Source of the DNA: an uncultured bacterium
Lineage (GTDB): Bacteria > Acidobacteriota > Thermoanaerobaculia > Multivoradales > JAHZIX01
Length of the DNA: 64,000 nucleotides
NCBI GenBank assembly: GCA_965368975.1
Contig: CBDUPA010000005.1
Location: forward strand, 160,001 to 224,000
Direction: 5' to 3'
In this document: positions 37,864-47,040 of the stretch, piece after piece
How positions within the stretch are numbered: position 1 is the first letter of the stretch
Layout: every line of letters begins with the position of its first letter
Position numbers and translations under genes: made by a program
Notes under the pieces: model-generated
Databases searched by the model: none
The model's input: the letters and a program-made list of their open reading frames with translations, nothing else
Told to the model about the DNA's origin: nothing

Positions 37864-38040
37864 TCTGTTCTCCTTCTTCGGAAGCTGTCGACCCAGTCCA
37901 GATGGTTTGATGACCGAGACAACCTCTGAAGTCGTGATCATTCTGTCGGGGCGAGACATCTGCTGGATAGCGTGAGGCAGAAACAGGACGCGTCTTGTTG
38001 CCGTGGTTCTTACAAGCTCAAGAGTACTGGCTGAATTCAA
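37860..38040 (-). pseudogene. DUF4258 toxin remnant (internal deletion with frameshift)
   Basis: N-terminus FLPHAIQQMSRPDRMITTSEV joins, in another frame, the C-terminus DWVDSFRRRRTE*, which overlaps the antitoxin ATG (ATGA); the central part is absent. Confidence 0.75.
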
Positions 38041-38205
38041 TATCTGGATCCTCGGTTTCAGGATAGCAGAGGTAGTAGTCGTCGAAACGACGTTGGTATC
38101 TATCTAGTGCGCCGGTAGGTGCCTGGTGCGAGGTCAAGAACGCCCCTGAAACCGCGAAGTACTACAATGACGCCACCTACTCACATCACAGTTGGAGGAG
38201 ACACC

Positions 38206-38391
38206 ATGAAGAAGTCCCGCACACTCCGCACCCTCGACATCGCCGAGCTGACCTGCGTCCACGGTGCCACCGAATCCGACAGCCTCGAAGACGCCACCCA
38301 GCCGCAAGCCAGCCACGCTCGCCCGCTGACCGGCTTCTATGACGAAGCTATGGTCAGCGGTATCGGCGGCCAGATGCGGCCGAAGACCTGA
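38206..38391 (+). CDS. small peptide with double-glycine-type leader (61 aa)
   Basis: Strong GGAGGAG RBS and TACAAT box at 38163; leader MKKSRTLRTLDIAELTCVHGA fits LxxxELxxVxG(G/A). Confidence 0.65.
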   Translation: MKKSRTLRTLDIAELTCVHGATESDSLEDATQPQASHARPLTGFYDEAMVSGIGGQMRPKT

Positions 38392-38404
38392 GCCGAGCAC
38401 GACG

Positions 38405-39946
38405 ATGGAGCGCGTCCGGGAGATGGCCAGGCGGGCACCCGAGCGGACCCACGAGGGGCCGGCCCGGACGCGACTTGTTGGCCTGGATCACCGCTTGGAA
38501 AGGGAGGCTGCTAGTCCTCGCGGCCGCCTGGAGCGGGAAGTGGGCTCATCGGGTTCCAGCAGCGATACAGCCATCGACGGTGGCGATGCGTTGGCGCAAC
38601 GCCTGAGCCTGTCAGCCGGTGAGCCCTTGCCGGGAAGCGAACGCCGGCCGCTCGAAGCGCGCTTCGGCTACGATCTGAGCCGCATTCGCATTCACCGCGA
38701 CGAGCGCGCTGCGCGGCTGGCGGAGTCGGCGTATGCGCGCGCCTTCAACGCGGGGCGGCATCTGGTCTTTGGGCGCGGTGAGTTCCGGCCGCAGACCCTG
38801 GCGGGGCGTCAACTTGTTTCCCACGAGTTGGCGCACAGTGTTCAGCATACACGGGGTCAGGTACCGGCAGATACGTTGTTGCGCCAACCGCAGACGCGAC
38901 AACAATTGCTCAAGCGCCTGGCGCAGAAGGAAGTTGAGCTGGCCCAAGTGAAGGCGCGCGCGGCAGCGCTGAATCCTGTTGCCGGGCTGCGAGCACGCGG
39001 TACGGTCTCGACCGGCCTGGTCGGTGGGGTGATGTCGTCCGCCACGACCATGCTGAAACGGGCGATCCGAGTGCGCCAGAGCGGCAGTACGGTTCGGCTC
39101 GCGGCTCGGTTCCAGATCACCTTCTTGGGGCAGGGGGTCAAAGCTGGGCAGCAGCGAGCGCGGCAGGAGATTCCGCGCATTCAGCAAGCGATTCGTCGCA
39201 GCTGGACGGTGAAGATCACCAAGGGCGCTTACGCCGGCTATACCTTCATTCTCGCTCCGAGCATCACCTACCGCCCGCCGACGCAGAAACGGGACCAGAA
39301 TGCGTTCCAGATCCAAGTGCGGGCCAAGGACGATGGCAAGGGTTCGAGCGGGACCTGGTGGAATGGCGTCATCGATCTGAACCCCGTCCACCTGCAGGGA
39401 AGTCGTGTGGTCGTCGTGGCGCACGAGGTGGCGCATCTGTTCGGCGAGTTCGATGCCTACCTTAAGGTTGTCAACGCCAAGAAGAAGGTCAGCTGGGCGG
39501 TGGGTAGGCACGATCCCCAGAATCGACCGGATCTGGTCGGTTTGATCGATCCCGTCGGTTTGAAGAACCGGCTCGAGCGCAGAGAGATCACGCAGAAGGA
39601 GTACCAGCGCCAGACGGGCAGTACGCCGAAGGTGTGGGAAGAGGACGCCAGTCGCTACCTGGCCGCGTTAGGTGTCAAGCCCTTGGCCAAGCGTTTCCAG
39701 CAACAGGCGGCGCAGCAGCTACACTCGGATGTCGTGCAAGGAGTCGTGCCGGAGTTCGAGCGACGCCGCGACATGATCGAGGTGGGCACGAAGATGCAGA
39801 AGTTGGAGCAGCTACGCGCCAAGCGAGGCACCTACACGCGAGATCTGACTTGGCTGCAGACGGTCGAACGTGTCCTGCAGCTGGAGAAGGAAGTGAAGGC
39901 ACTGCGCCAGCAGATCAAGACGGCACCCAATGCCTCGTCACCTTGA
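38405..39946 (+). CDS. DUF4157 (eCIS-core) domain protein with a second zincin domain and coiled-coil tail
   Basis: GEPL...RFGYDLSRIRIH...ARAF...GRQLVSHELAHSVQ; second motif AHEVAHLFGEFDAY. Confidence 0.85.
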   Translation: MERVREMARRAPERTHEGPARTRLVGLDHRLEREAASPRGRLEREVGSSGSSSDTAIDGGDALAQRLSLSAGEPLPGSERRPLEARFGYDLSRIRIHRDERAARLAESAYARAFNAGRHLVFGRGEFRPQTLAGRQLVSHELAHSVQHTRGQVPADTLLRQPQTRQQLLKRLAQKEVELAQVKARAAALNPVAGLRARGTVSTGLVGGVMSSATTMLKRAIRVRQSGSTVRLAARFQITFLGQGVKAGQQRARQEIPRIQQAIRRSWTVKITKGAYAGYTFILAPSITYRPPTQKRDQNAFQIQVRAKDDGKGSSGTWWNGVIDLNPVHLQGSRVVVVAHEVAHLFGEFDAYLKVVNAKKKVSWAVGRHDPQNRPDLVGLIDPVGLKNRLERREITQKEYQRQTGSTPKVWEEDASRYLAALGVKPLAKRFQQQAAQQLHSDVVQGVVPEFERRRDMIEVGTKMQKLEQLRAKRGTYTRDLTWLQTVERVLQLEKEVKALRQQIKTAPNASSP

Positions 39947-39969
39947 GGGTGCTCTCGGTACTTGTCAGC

Positions 39970-40764
39970 TCAAAAACAAGCCGCTGTCCGGAGTCCTTCT
40001 CGATTCGCTGTCGCCGCCGCGACACGCGGCATGGGGGCCAGCTCAAGCGACGGTACCAGCGCCAGTTCGAAGCTCAGTGGCAGGTCCGGGAACAACATGG
40101 CGGTGAACGGTTCAGGCCAGGCCTCGCCGCTGCGTAGCGGGAATGCGTCCATCAAGACACCGCTGTCCGCGACTTCGGCAGCCATCGGCCAGGCCTCGAC
40201 GCGTGGCATGTAGAAGGTCTCGACGCAGCGCAGCTTGCCACCCTTTTCGAAGTAGCTGCGGCGGCGCTGCTGGAAGTAGTCGACGGCGTTGCGCCAAGTG
40301 GGGAAGAGCGACGACAGGCCGACGCGTGGCGTTGCCTGGTGCGCGGCGACGTCGAGGCGGCCGGCGCGGCAGCGGACGTTCCAGGTCCACTGGTCGGCCT
40401 CCAGCTGACGTGACGGGCGGTCGAAGCGCAGCGCCGCCATTTCGGCTGGCTGGTGCGTGAGCAGGCGGGCGGCCGGTAACACCCAAAGTGGCACCAACAT
40501 GCGGCGAAAGTAGAGAGCGGGTTGGCCGTCGCCATCGAGCACCGCAGCGCCCAGGCTCAGCTGCGGGAACGTCAGCCGTACGAACGGCAGCACGCCGGGA
40601 CGGATGCCGTGGTGGTAGAACAGCAGGGCCGTCACCATGACTTCGCGCTGGCTGCCCAGTCGCAAGCAGTCATAGCGTAGGGGGTCGGGGGGAGCCGGTA
40701 GTTGCTCCGCGGGCAGTGCCCAGTTGAGCAGCAGACAATCTCGGACCAGGGTACGCAGGATCAT
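39970..40764 (-). CDS. DUF2071 (YqjF-like) protein
   Basis: RDCLLLNWALP, FPQL, DGQPALYF; family recognised by pattern only. Confidence 0.6.
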   Translation of the reverse strand: MILRTLVRDCLLLNWALPAEQLPAPPDPLRYDCLRLGSQREVMVTALLFYHHGIRPGVLPFVRLTFPQLSLGAAVLDGDGQPALYFRRMLVPLWVLPAARLLTHQPAEMAALRFDRPSRQLEADQWTWNVRCRAGRLDVAAHQATPRVGLSSLFPTWRNAVDYFQQRRRSYFEKGGKLRCVETFYMPRVEAWPMAAEVADSGVLMDAFPLRSGEAWPEPFTAMLFPDLPLSFELALVPSLELAPMPRVAAATANREGLRTAACF

Positions 40765-40975
40765 GGCTTCACGACGCTGTTGACGGTAGTACCGAGCAAA
40801 TCTGGACGCGATCAAGCTGCTGGAAGTCGTTCAAACCGTGGTAAGAAGTGGTCCAGGGCAAGAAGAGTCTGAGGTTTTCGAAGGCTCTGCCCATTGCAGA
40901 CAAACATATCCCGCGTGGCTCCAGGCTGCAAGCTGGTGCCGCGATCCCACATCGAGTCCATCTACGGAGGAATCC

Positions 40976-42706
40976 ATGTTGCGACAGAAGCTAGGCAATG
41001 CAATCGCCCTGGCACCTTTGGCCTTTCTACTACTGGTGGCTGGAGCGTGCGGGGGTGGCAGTGAAACCGAACCCGTGGCGCCGGCGACACCGGACGTCGT
41101 CGAGCTCAGTGACGACGCGCTGCTGGCCGCCGAGGCCATCACGCCGGAGACGATCGCCGAGGTGACGCAGTTCCTGGCCAGTGACGAGCTGGAAGGCCGT
41201 GCCCCGTCGAGCGGAGGAGACCGAGAGGCGCAGAACTACATCGCACAGCGCTTCGAGGCGCTCGGTCTGCAGCCGGCAGCGGCTGACGGTAGCTGGGTGC
41301 AACCGTTCGAGCTGGTCAGTATCACTGCTTCCGCTCCGGCTACCTGGGAGTTCCACCAGGGCGACCAGAGTCTGAGCTTCGCGCACTGGGACGAGTTCAT
41401 CGCCGCTAGTGGCGTGCAGAGCCCGACTTCCGAAATCGACAACGCCGAGGTGGTCTTCGTCGGCTACGGCATCCAGGCACCGGAGTATGAGTGGGACGAC
41501 TACAAGGGCCAGGACCTGAGCGGCAAGGTGCTGCTGATGATGAACAACGATCCGGATTGGGATCCGGAGCTGTTCGAGGGCAACCGGCGCCTGTACTACG
41601 GCCGCTGGAGTTACAAGTACGAGAGCGCGGGCATCCAGGGGGCCGCCGGTGCCATCATCATCCACACGCGCCCGTCGGCTGGCTATCCCTACCAGGTCGT
41701 CCAGCGCTCGTGGACCGGTCCGCAATTCGAGCTGCCGGCCGGCGACGAGCCGCGCACGCAGGTCGCCGCCTGGATGAGCTACGATGCCGCGACGCGTCTG
41801 GTTGCGGCCGCCGGGCACAGCTTGGAGCAGCTCGAGGAGCAGGCCCGCAGCCGCGACTTCCAGCCGGTGCCGCTCGGTCTCACCACTTCGCTGACGCTCA
41901 ACAATCAGATCGAGAAGACGCTCAGTGGCAACGTTCTCGGTTTGCTCGAAGGCAGTGATCCGGAACTCAAGGACGAGATCGTCGTGTTCACGAGCCATCA
42001 TGACCACCTGGGCGTCGGCGAGCCCAACGAGCAGGGCGACGCCATCCACAATGGTGCGCGCGACAACGCCGCTGGCATCGGCCAGCTGGTCGCCATCGCC
42101 GAGGCCGCGACGAAGTTGGCCGAGCGCCCGCGGCGCTCGATGCTCTTCCTGGCTGTCGGTGCTGAGGAGCAGGGGCTGCTGGGGTCCAAGTACTACGCGC
42201 AGAACCCCACCTTCCCGCCGGGCAAGTTCGCTGCCAATATCAACTTCGATGCTCCCGGCATCTGGGGCAAGACGCGTGACCTGCCGCTGATCGGCATGGG
42301 CAAGTCCGAACTCGACGCCATCGCCTCGCGCGTCGCCGAGCACCAGGGGCGCGTGGTGGTCGGAGATTCAGATCCGACGCAGGGTTCCTACTACCGTTCC
42401 GATCAGTTCAGCTTCGCCAAGATCGGTGTGCCGGCGCTCTACTTCGGTGAGGGTACCGAGCTGGTTGGTGCCGCGCCGGGTGAGGCGAAGGAGATGATCG
42501 AGGACTGGAACCTGACCCACTACCACCAGCCGTCGGACGAGTACACCGACGAATGGAACCTCGAAGGTGCCGCTCAGGACGCCCAGGCTGGCTTCTTCTG
42601 CGGCTGGATCGTGGCGCAGCAAGACGGCATGCCGTCGTGGAACGCTGGCGACGAGTTCGAGGCCACGCGCAAGGATGCGCTGGCCGCGGTCGCTGGCATG
42701 GACTGA
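40976..42706 (+). CDS. M28 family peptidase with PA domain, lipoprotein
   Basis: Lipobox AGAC, LASDELEGR, HHDHLG, NGARDNAAG, AEEQGLLGS, YRSDQFSF, YHQPSDE. Confidence 0.93.
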   Translation: MLRQKLGNAIALAPLAFLLLVAGACGGGSETEPVAPATPDVVELSDDALLAAEAITPETIAEVTQFLASDELEGRAPSSGGDREAQNYIAQRFEALGLQPAAADGSWVQPFELVSITASAPATWEFHQGDQSLSFAHWDEFIAASGVQSPTSEIDNAEVVFVGYGIQAPEYEWDDYKGQDLSGKVLLMMNNDPDWDPELFEGNRRLYYGRWSYKYESAGIQGAAGAIIIHTRPSAGYPYQVVQRSWTGPQFELPAGDEPRTQVAAWMSYDAATRLVAAAGHSLEQLEEQARSRDFQPVPLGLTTSLTLNNQIEKTLSGNVLGLLEGSDPELKDEIVVFTSHHDHLGVGEPNEQGDAIHNGARDNAAGIGQLVAIAEAATKLAERPRRSMLFLAVGAEEQGLLGSKYYAQNPTFPPGKFAANINFDAPGIWGKTRDLPLIGMGKSELDAIASRVAEHQGRVVVGDSDPTQGSYYRSDQFSFAKIGVPALYFGEGTELVGAAPGEAKEMIEDWNLTHYHQPSDEYTDEWNLEGAAQDAQAGFFCGWIVAQQDGMPSWNAGDEFEATRKDALAAVAGMD

Positions 42707-42725
42707 GGGCGGTAGGCAAGATCCA

Positions 42726-42765
42726 GATTCCGATTCTGGGTAGGGGCGGCCCCATGTGGCCGCCC
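42726..42765 (+). repeat. GTAG-type REP element between convergent genes
   Basis: GATTCCGATTCTGG-GTAG-GGGCGGCC-CCATGT-GGCCGCCC, with a perfect 8-bp stem after GTAG. Confidence 0.8.
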
Positions 42766-42798
42766 TCCCTGCGCCGACAGGCGCATCCGATTCCTACC

Positions 42799-45381
42799 TC
42801 AGGTCTCCGGCCCACGTTCCCGGTGCGTCAGGTGCAGCCATGCCGGCACCAGGGTGATTGCCACCAAAGCGCAGGCAAGCGCCCCCAGGATCGCGACGTA
42901 GCCGGTGGTGCGCAAGGCGGGGTAGTGGGACAGGGACATCGAGCCGAAGCCGACCAACGTCGACAGCGCGGCGGCCAGGATTGCCTTCCCGGTTTCCTGC
43001 AACCCGAGGGTCAGCTGCTCTCCGTCGCCACCGCGCTGTTCGATTTCGCGGTAGCGGTGGATGATGTGCAGGCCGTAGTCGACACCGATGCCGACAATCA
43101 TCGTGGTGACGAAGATGTTCATGAAGTTCATCTGTAGCCCGATCACGCTCATGGCGCCGAGCATCCAGAGAATGCCGATGCCCAGCGGTACCAGCGCCAG
43201 GACCATGTCCCGCAGACGCCGGAAGTCGAGCCAGATCAGCAGCGCGACGAGCGCGGTGCCGAGGCCACCGGCCAGGTAGGCGTCGTGCAACACCAGCACC
43301 TTGACGCGCTGGTTGACCACGTTGGTGCCTGCCAGCTGTACGTCCGGCCCCAGAGCTTCGGCGAGGGCCACGGCCTGCGGTGGTGGTTCGGCACGCCAGC
43401 GGTTGTCGGCCTGGTAGAGGCGTACGATGCCGCGCCAGTTGTCGCCGATCGGACGCAGGAAGGGCGAGAGCAGCGGCTGCATCAGCTCGGAGTTCGAGAG
43501 TTCATCGTAGGTCAGGGGACCTTGACGATCCAGGGCCCGCTGCAGCAGGTCGACACCGCGACGGAAGGGCACGGGGTTGATGCCCTCGGCACGGAACGTC
43601 AGCTCGATACGCTCGCGCAACGCCTCGCCGATGGGCTGACCTTCTTCTGCCCGCGAGCGCAGCCACTCCAGGTTGTCGGCCTGCCGTTCGGCGGACGGTA
43701 GCAGGGTGTGCGGGCCCTGGGTGCCGCTCAGCACACCCTCGGTGACCAGGGCCTGGGCCGCCTCCGCAGCCTGCGACGCGCGTTCGACCACCTCTTCCGG
43801 GCTGTCCCCGGAGATCACGAGCATGCTGTAGTCGAAGCCGGAACCGAAGTGACGCGCGACCTCCTGCGCTCCTTGCAGGCCGCGGTTGCCGCGCGGTCGC
43901 ATGGTCGAGATTGATGGTTCGAAACCGAGGTTGCTGAGCAGTAGCACGGCGACGATAGTCAACGCCAGACCGAGGGCCAGCACCACCTTGGCGTGGCGCA
44001 TCGAGGCGCGGATCAGGGCGTCGGTGCCGAAGTTGTGCAGGTAGAGGTTGGGCAGTGTCTTGTGCTTGCGGTGGCGTTCTTCGCCCCAGGCCAGCAGGGC
44101 CGGTAGCAGTAAGAGTACCGTCAGCATGCATAGCAAAATGCCGCCTGCGGTCAAGATGCCCATCTGGCGCAGGCCCGGGAAGCCGGTAGCCAGGAAGGCA
44201 CCGAAGGTCGCCGCCGTCGTCACCGCGCCGACCACCACCGCGCGACCGGACGAACCGCTCATTCGCTTGAGGGCTTCTGGGGGCTCGTTGCCCAGCTGCC
44301 GTTCTTCCACGTAGCGACCGTAGGAGACGATGACGAAGTCGATCCCCAGGCCGATCAGCAGTGCCGCGACACCGCTGGTCATCTGCGACAGATCGCCCAG
44401 CGCCACCTTGGCGAAACCGAAGGTGAGCACCAGGCCGCAGAACAGCGGTAGGAAGGCGTAGAGCAACGCACTCCAGCGACGGAAGGCGATGAGGAAGAGC
44501 AGCAGCACGCCGAGCACCGAGGTGACGGCGTTGCGAATGGCGTCGTTGGCGATGAACTTGGCGTCGTCGACGGTGGTCAGGTAGGAGCCACCGAGAAAGA
44601 CTTCGGGCGGCGTCACGACCTCCATATTCTCTGGCCCCGAGTCGCTCTGCAACTCGCTCCATTCTGCTTGTGCCGCCTCGATCTCGGTCTCGATCTCGGC
44701 CACCAGCGCGCGGATGAACTGCACTGCCTGCGGCGGCTGGGTCGGCCGGGCAAGCAGCAGGATCAGACGCCGATCCTTGGAGAGGTAGTAGCCACTGGTC
44801 CAGTCGACGGCCAGGGAGCCCCGTGAACCCTGCAGCCGATCGAGCAGGAGTTCGGAGACGCCGAAGGGATCGACCTTCAGCAGGTCCTTGAGCGCAATAC
44901 CCTGCGGTGTACCGAGCAAGCGCCGCAGTTCCTGAGCCCGTCGCTCGATACCCTCGTCGGTCAGCCGCTCGGCCAGCAGCTCGCGGCCGCTGTCGTCGAG
45001 AAAGAGGAGTGACGCCGGGAACAGCTCGCTGAGCAGCTGTTCGGGGGTCTCGATGCGGTAGTCGAGCCGGCCCAGACCCTCCAGTTTCTCCAGCCGCGGA
45101 CCGAGCAGGTCGACGAACTCCTGGTACGCCACCAGCGGTGCTCCCTCGGGTACGCGCACGCCGATCAGCAGGTAGTCGAGCGTACCGAACTCTTCGACCG
45201 TCTCACGGAATACCGCGACCGACGGATCGTCCGGCGGCAGCAGGTTGAGCATGTCGGTGTCGAAGCGGATGCGGGTGGCGGCGAAGATCGACAGCACGAC
45301 CAGCACCGCGAAGGTCAAGCACACCCCTTTGTAGTGGCGGCTGGCAAAAAGAGCGAGTGCGTGCAGGACGCGTCGATGCAT
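42799..45381 (-). CDS. MMPL/RND family transporter
   Basis: Two halves with GLGIDFVI and GIGVDYGLHIIHRY, large periplasmic loops; start placed at ATG 45381. Confidence 0.9.
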   Translation of the reverse strand: MHRRVLHALALFASRHYKGVCLTFAVLVVLSIFAATRIRFDTDMLNLLPPDDPSVAVFRETVEEFGTLDYLLIGVRVPEGAPLVAYQEFVDLLGPRLEKLEGLGRLDYRIETPEQLLSELFPASLLFLDDSGRELLAERLTDEGIERRAQELRRLLGTPQGIALKDLLKVDPFGVSELLLDRLQGSRGSLAVDWTSGYYLSKDRRLILLLARPTQPPQAVQFIRALVAEIETEIEAAQAEWSELQSDSGPENMEVVTPPEVFLGGSYLTTVDDAKFIANDAIRNAVTSVLGVLLLFLIAFRRWSALLYAFLPLFCGLVLTFGFAKVALGDLSQMTSGVAALLIGLGIDFVIVSYGRYVEERQLGNEPPEALKRMSGSSGRAVVVGAVTTAATFGAFLATGFPGLRQMGILTAGGILLCMLTVLLLLPALLAWGEERHRKHKTLPNLYLHNFGTDALIRASMRHAKVVLALGLALTIVAVLLLSNLGFEPSISTMRPRGNRGLQGAQEVARHFGSGFDYSMLVISGDSPEEVVERASQAAEAAQALVTEGVLSGTQGPHTLLPSAERQADNLEWLRSRAEEGQPIGEALRERIELTFRAEGINPVPFRRGVDLLQRALDRQGPLTYDELSNSELMQPLLSPFLRPIGDNWRGIVRLYQADNRWRAEPPPQAVALAEALGPDVQLAGTNVVNQRVKVLVLHDAYLAGGLGTALVALLIWLDFRRLRDMVLALVPLGIGILWMLGAMSVIGLQMNFMNIFVTTMIVGIGVDYGLHIIHRYREIEQRGGDGEQLTLGLQETGKAILAAALSTLVGFGSMSLSHYPALRTTGYVAILGALACALVAITLVPAWLHLTHRERGPET

Positions 45382-45443
45382 AGAGCAATCTCCTCGGACG
45401 GATTGAGTCTGGTGACGGGCGGCCAGCAGCCTCTGGCGGCGGC

Positions 45444-46052
45444 TCAGGACGTAGGCGCGTCGTCCCCGGGCGTGCCTTCCTCTATCTCGAGTGCCGGCTG
45501 GATCGGGGCGAGGACCAACCGGCGGAAGCGCAGGAAGTAGTCGATCCCCGAGTACACCGTCGCGACCAGCGCCAACCACAGTGCCCAGGACGCCAGGTCC
45601 AGGTTCTGTAGATTCTCGTGTAGCTGGTTGTGGAAGATGAGCAGCGAGATGGCGATCACCTGCGTCACCGTCTTGACCTTGCCCGACATACTCGCCGCGA
45701 TGACCACCCCTTGAGCCGCCGCCACACTGCGCAGGGCGCCAACCGCGAACTCACGGCTGACGATCAGCGCTACGATCCAGGCGGGCGTCAAGGTCGGGTT
45801 GACCTCTACCAGCGAGATGAACGCCGCCGAGGTCAAGATCTTGTCGGCGGCAGGGTCGAGCAGCTTGCCTAGCGCCGTGATCTGCTGGTTGCGGCGCGCC
45901 AGGTAGCCGTCGAGGAAGTCCGTCAAGGCTGCCAGCAGGAACACGGCAAGCCCATAGAACTCCTTGTTCTCGAACTTGGTGAGCAGGATGACAACCAGGA
46001 TCGGTGCCGCCAGAATGCGGCACATCGAGAGCACGTTTGGCGCGTTGACCAT
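45444..46052 (-). CDS. pgsA: CDP-diacylglycerol-glycerol-3-phosphate 3-phosphatidyltransferase
   Basis: PNVLS, TDFLDGYLARRNQQITALGKLLDPAADK, GKVKT. Confidence 0.93.
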   Translation of the reverse strand: MVNAPNVLSMCRILAAPILVVILLTKFENKEFYGLAVFLLAALTDFLDGYLARRNQQITALGKLLDPAADKILTSAAFISLVEVNPTLTPAWIVALIVSREFAVGALRSVAAAQGVVIAASMSGKVKTVTQVIAISLLIFHNQLHENLQNLDLASWALWLALVATVYSGIDYFLRFRRLVLAPIQPALEIEEGTPGDDAPTS

Positions 46053-46104
46053 CGGTAAGAAGGCTCGCTCGGGAAACTCAGGAATCAGGAGAGCCGGCGC
46101 TGCG

Positions 46105-46935
46105 TCAGCGCTGGCCGGGAGGATCGGACGTGATCAGGATGCGATTGTTGGCGTCGCGCACCAGGTAGACCTGTCCGCCGGTCGACGGCGCGCGGCTCTG
46201 TCCGCTCGTTGTCGCCGCACTGTCTGTGGCTGGTGCTGTGTCACTCGTTGTGGCGTCACCCGTCTCAGTCCCTGCCGTCGACCGCACTTGCGGCAGCGAC
46301 GTCAAGCCAGAGGGTGCGGAGAATGTCCCGCGTCCGGCGCGGCCCGCGGCGCCACCTGCGGTGGCAGCGTAGCCGGAACTCTCTCGATAGAGGGTCATCA
46401 CCTTGCGCACGTAATTGCGCGTCTCGCGGTAGGGCGGGATTCCCTGGTAGCGCAGTACCGCTGTCGGTCCCGCGTTGTACGCCGCCAGCGCCAGCTCCAG
46501 CTTGCCGAAGCGGTCGAGCAGGTAGCGCAGGTAGTCGGTGCCGCCGCGGATGTTCTCGTCGGCGTCGTAGGGGTCGCTGACGTTCAGCTCACCCGCCGTC
46601 GCCGGCATCAGCTGCATCAGGCCCATCGCACCTTTACCAGAGCGTGCGCGCACGTTGTACCCGGACTCGACCTGGATCACCGCCTGCACCAGGCGCGCGT
46701 GCAGTCCCTGGCGTGCCGCATGCTGCTCGATCAGGGAGCGCACGTACAGCTGAGGTGGCTGCCGCAGCTGGCTGGCGAGGCGTGTCTGGTGCTGCTGACG
46801 CGTCTCCTCGTAGATGAACGGGATGCCGTCTTCACCAATGCGAATGCGTACTTCCGCCAGGGCGTCGGTGCAAAGGCCGAAAGCCAGAAGCGCCAACACG
46901 AGCCGGCGCAGCGGGGTACTAAGTGCATGCAGCAT
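46105..46935 (-). CDS. lytic transglycosylase (SLT domain)
   Basis: [32 protein letters not shown]; Ser/Thr-rich linker. Confidence 0.92.
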   Translation of the reverse strand: MLHALSTPLRRLVLALLAFGLCTDALAEVRIRIGEDGIPFIYEETRQQHQTRLASQLRQPPQLYVRSLIEQHAARQGLHARLVQAVIQVESGYNVRARSGKGAMGLMQLMPATAGELNVSDPYDADENIRGGTDYLRYLLDRFGKLELALAAYNAGPTAVLRYQGIPPYRETRNYVRKVMTLYRESSGYAATAGGAAGRAGRGTFSAPSGLTSLPQVRSTAGTETGDATTSDTAPATDSAATTSGQSRAPSTGGQVYLVRDANNRILITSDPPGQR

Positions 46936-47040
46936 GTCGTTGCGGCGACCGTGGGGGGATGCGGGCGTCCGGGCTTCAAAGCTTAGCAGATGCTGGCGCA
47001 GCTGTGTTGCCGGCTCCTTGCGCAGGAGCGTTCCGTCGAC

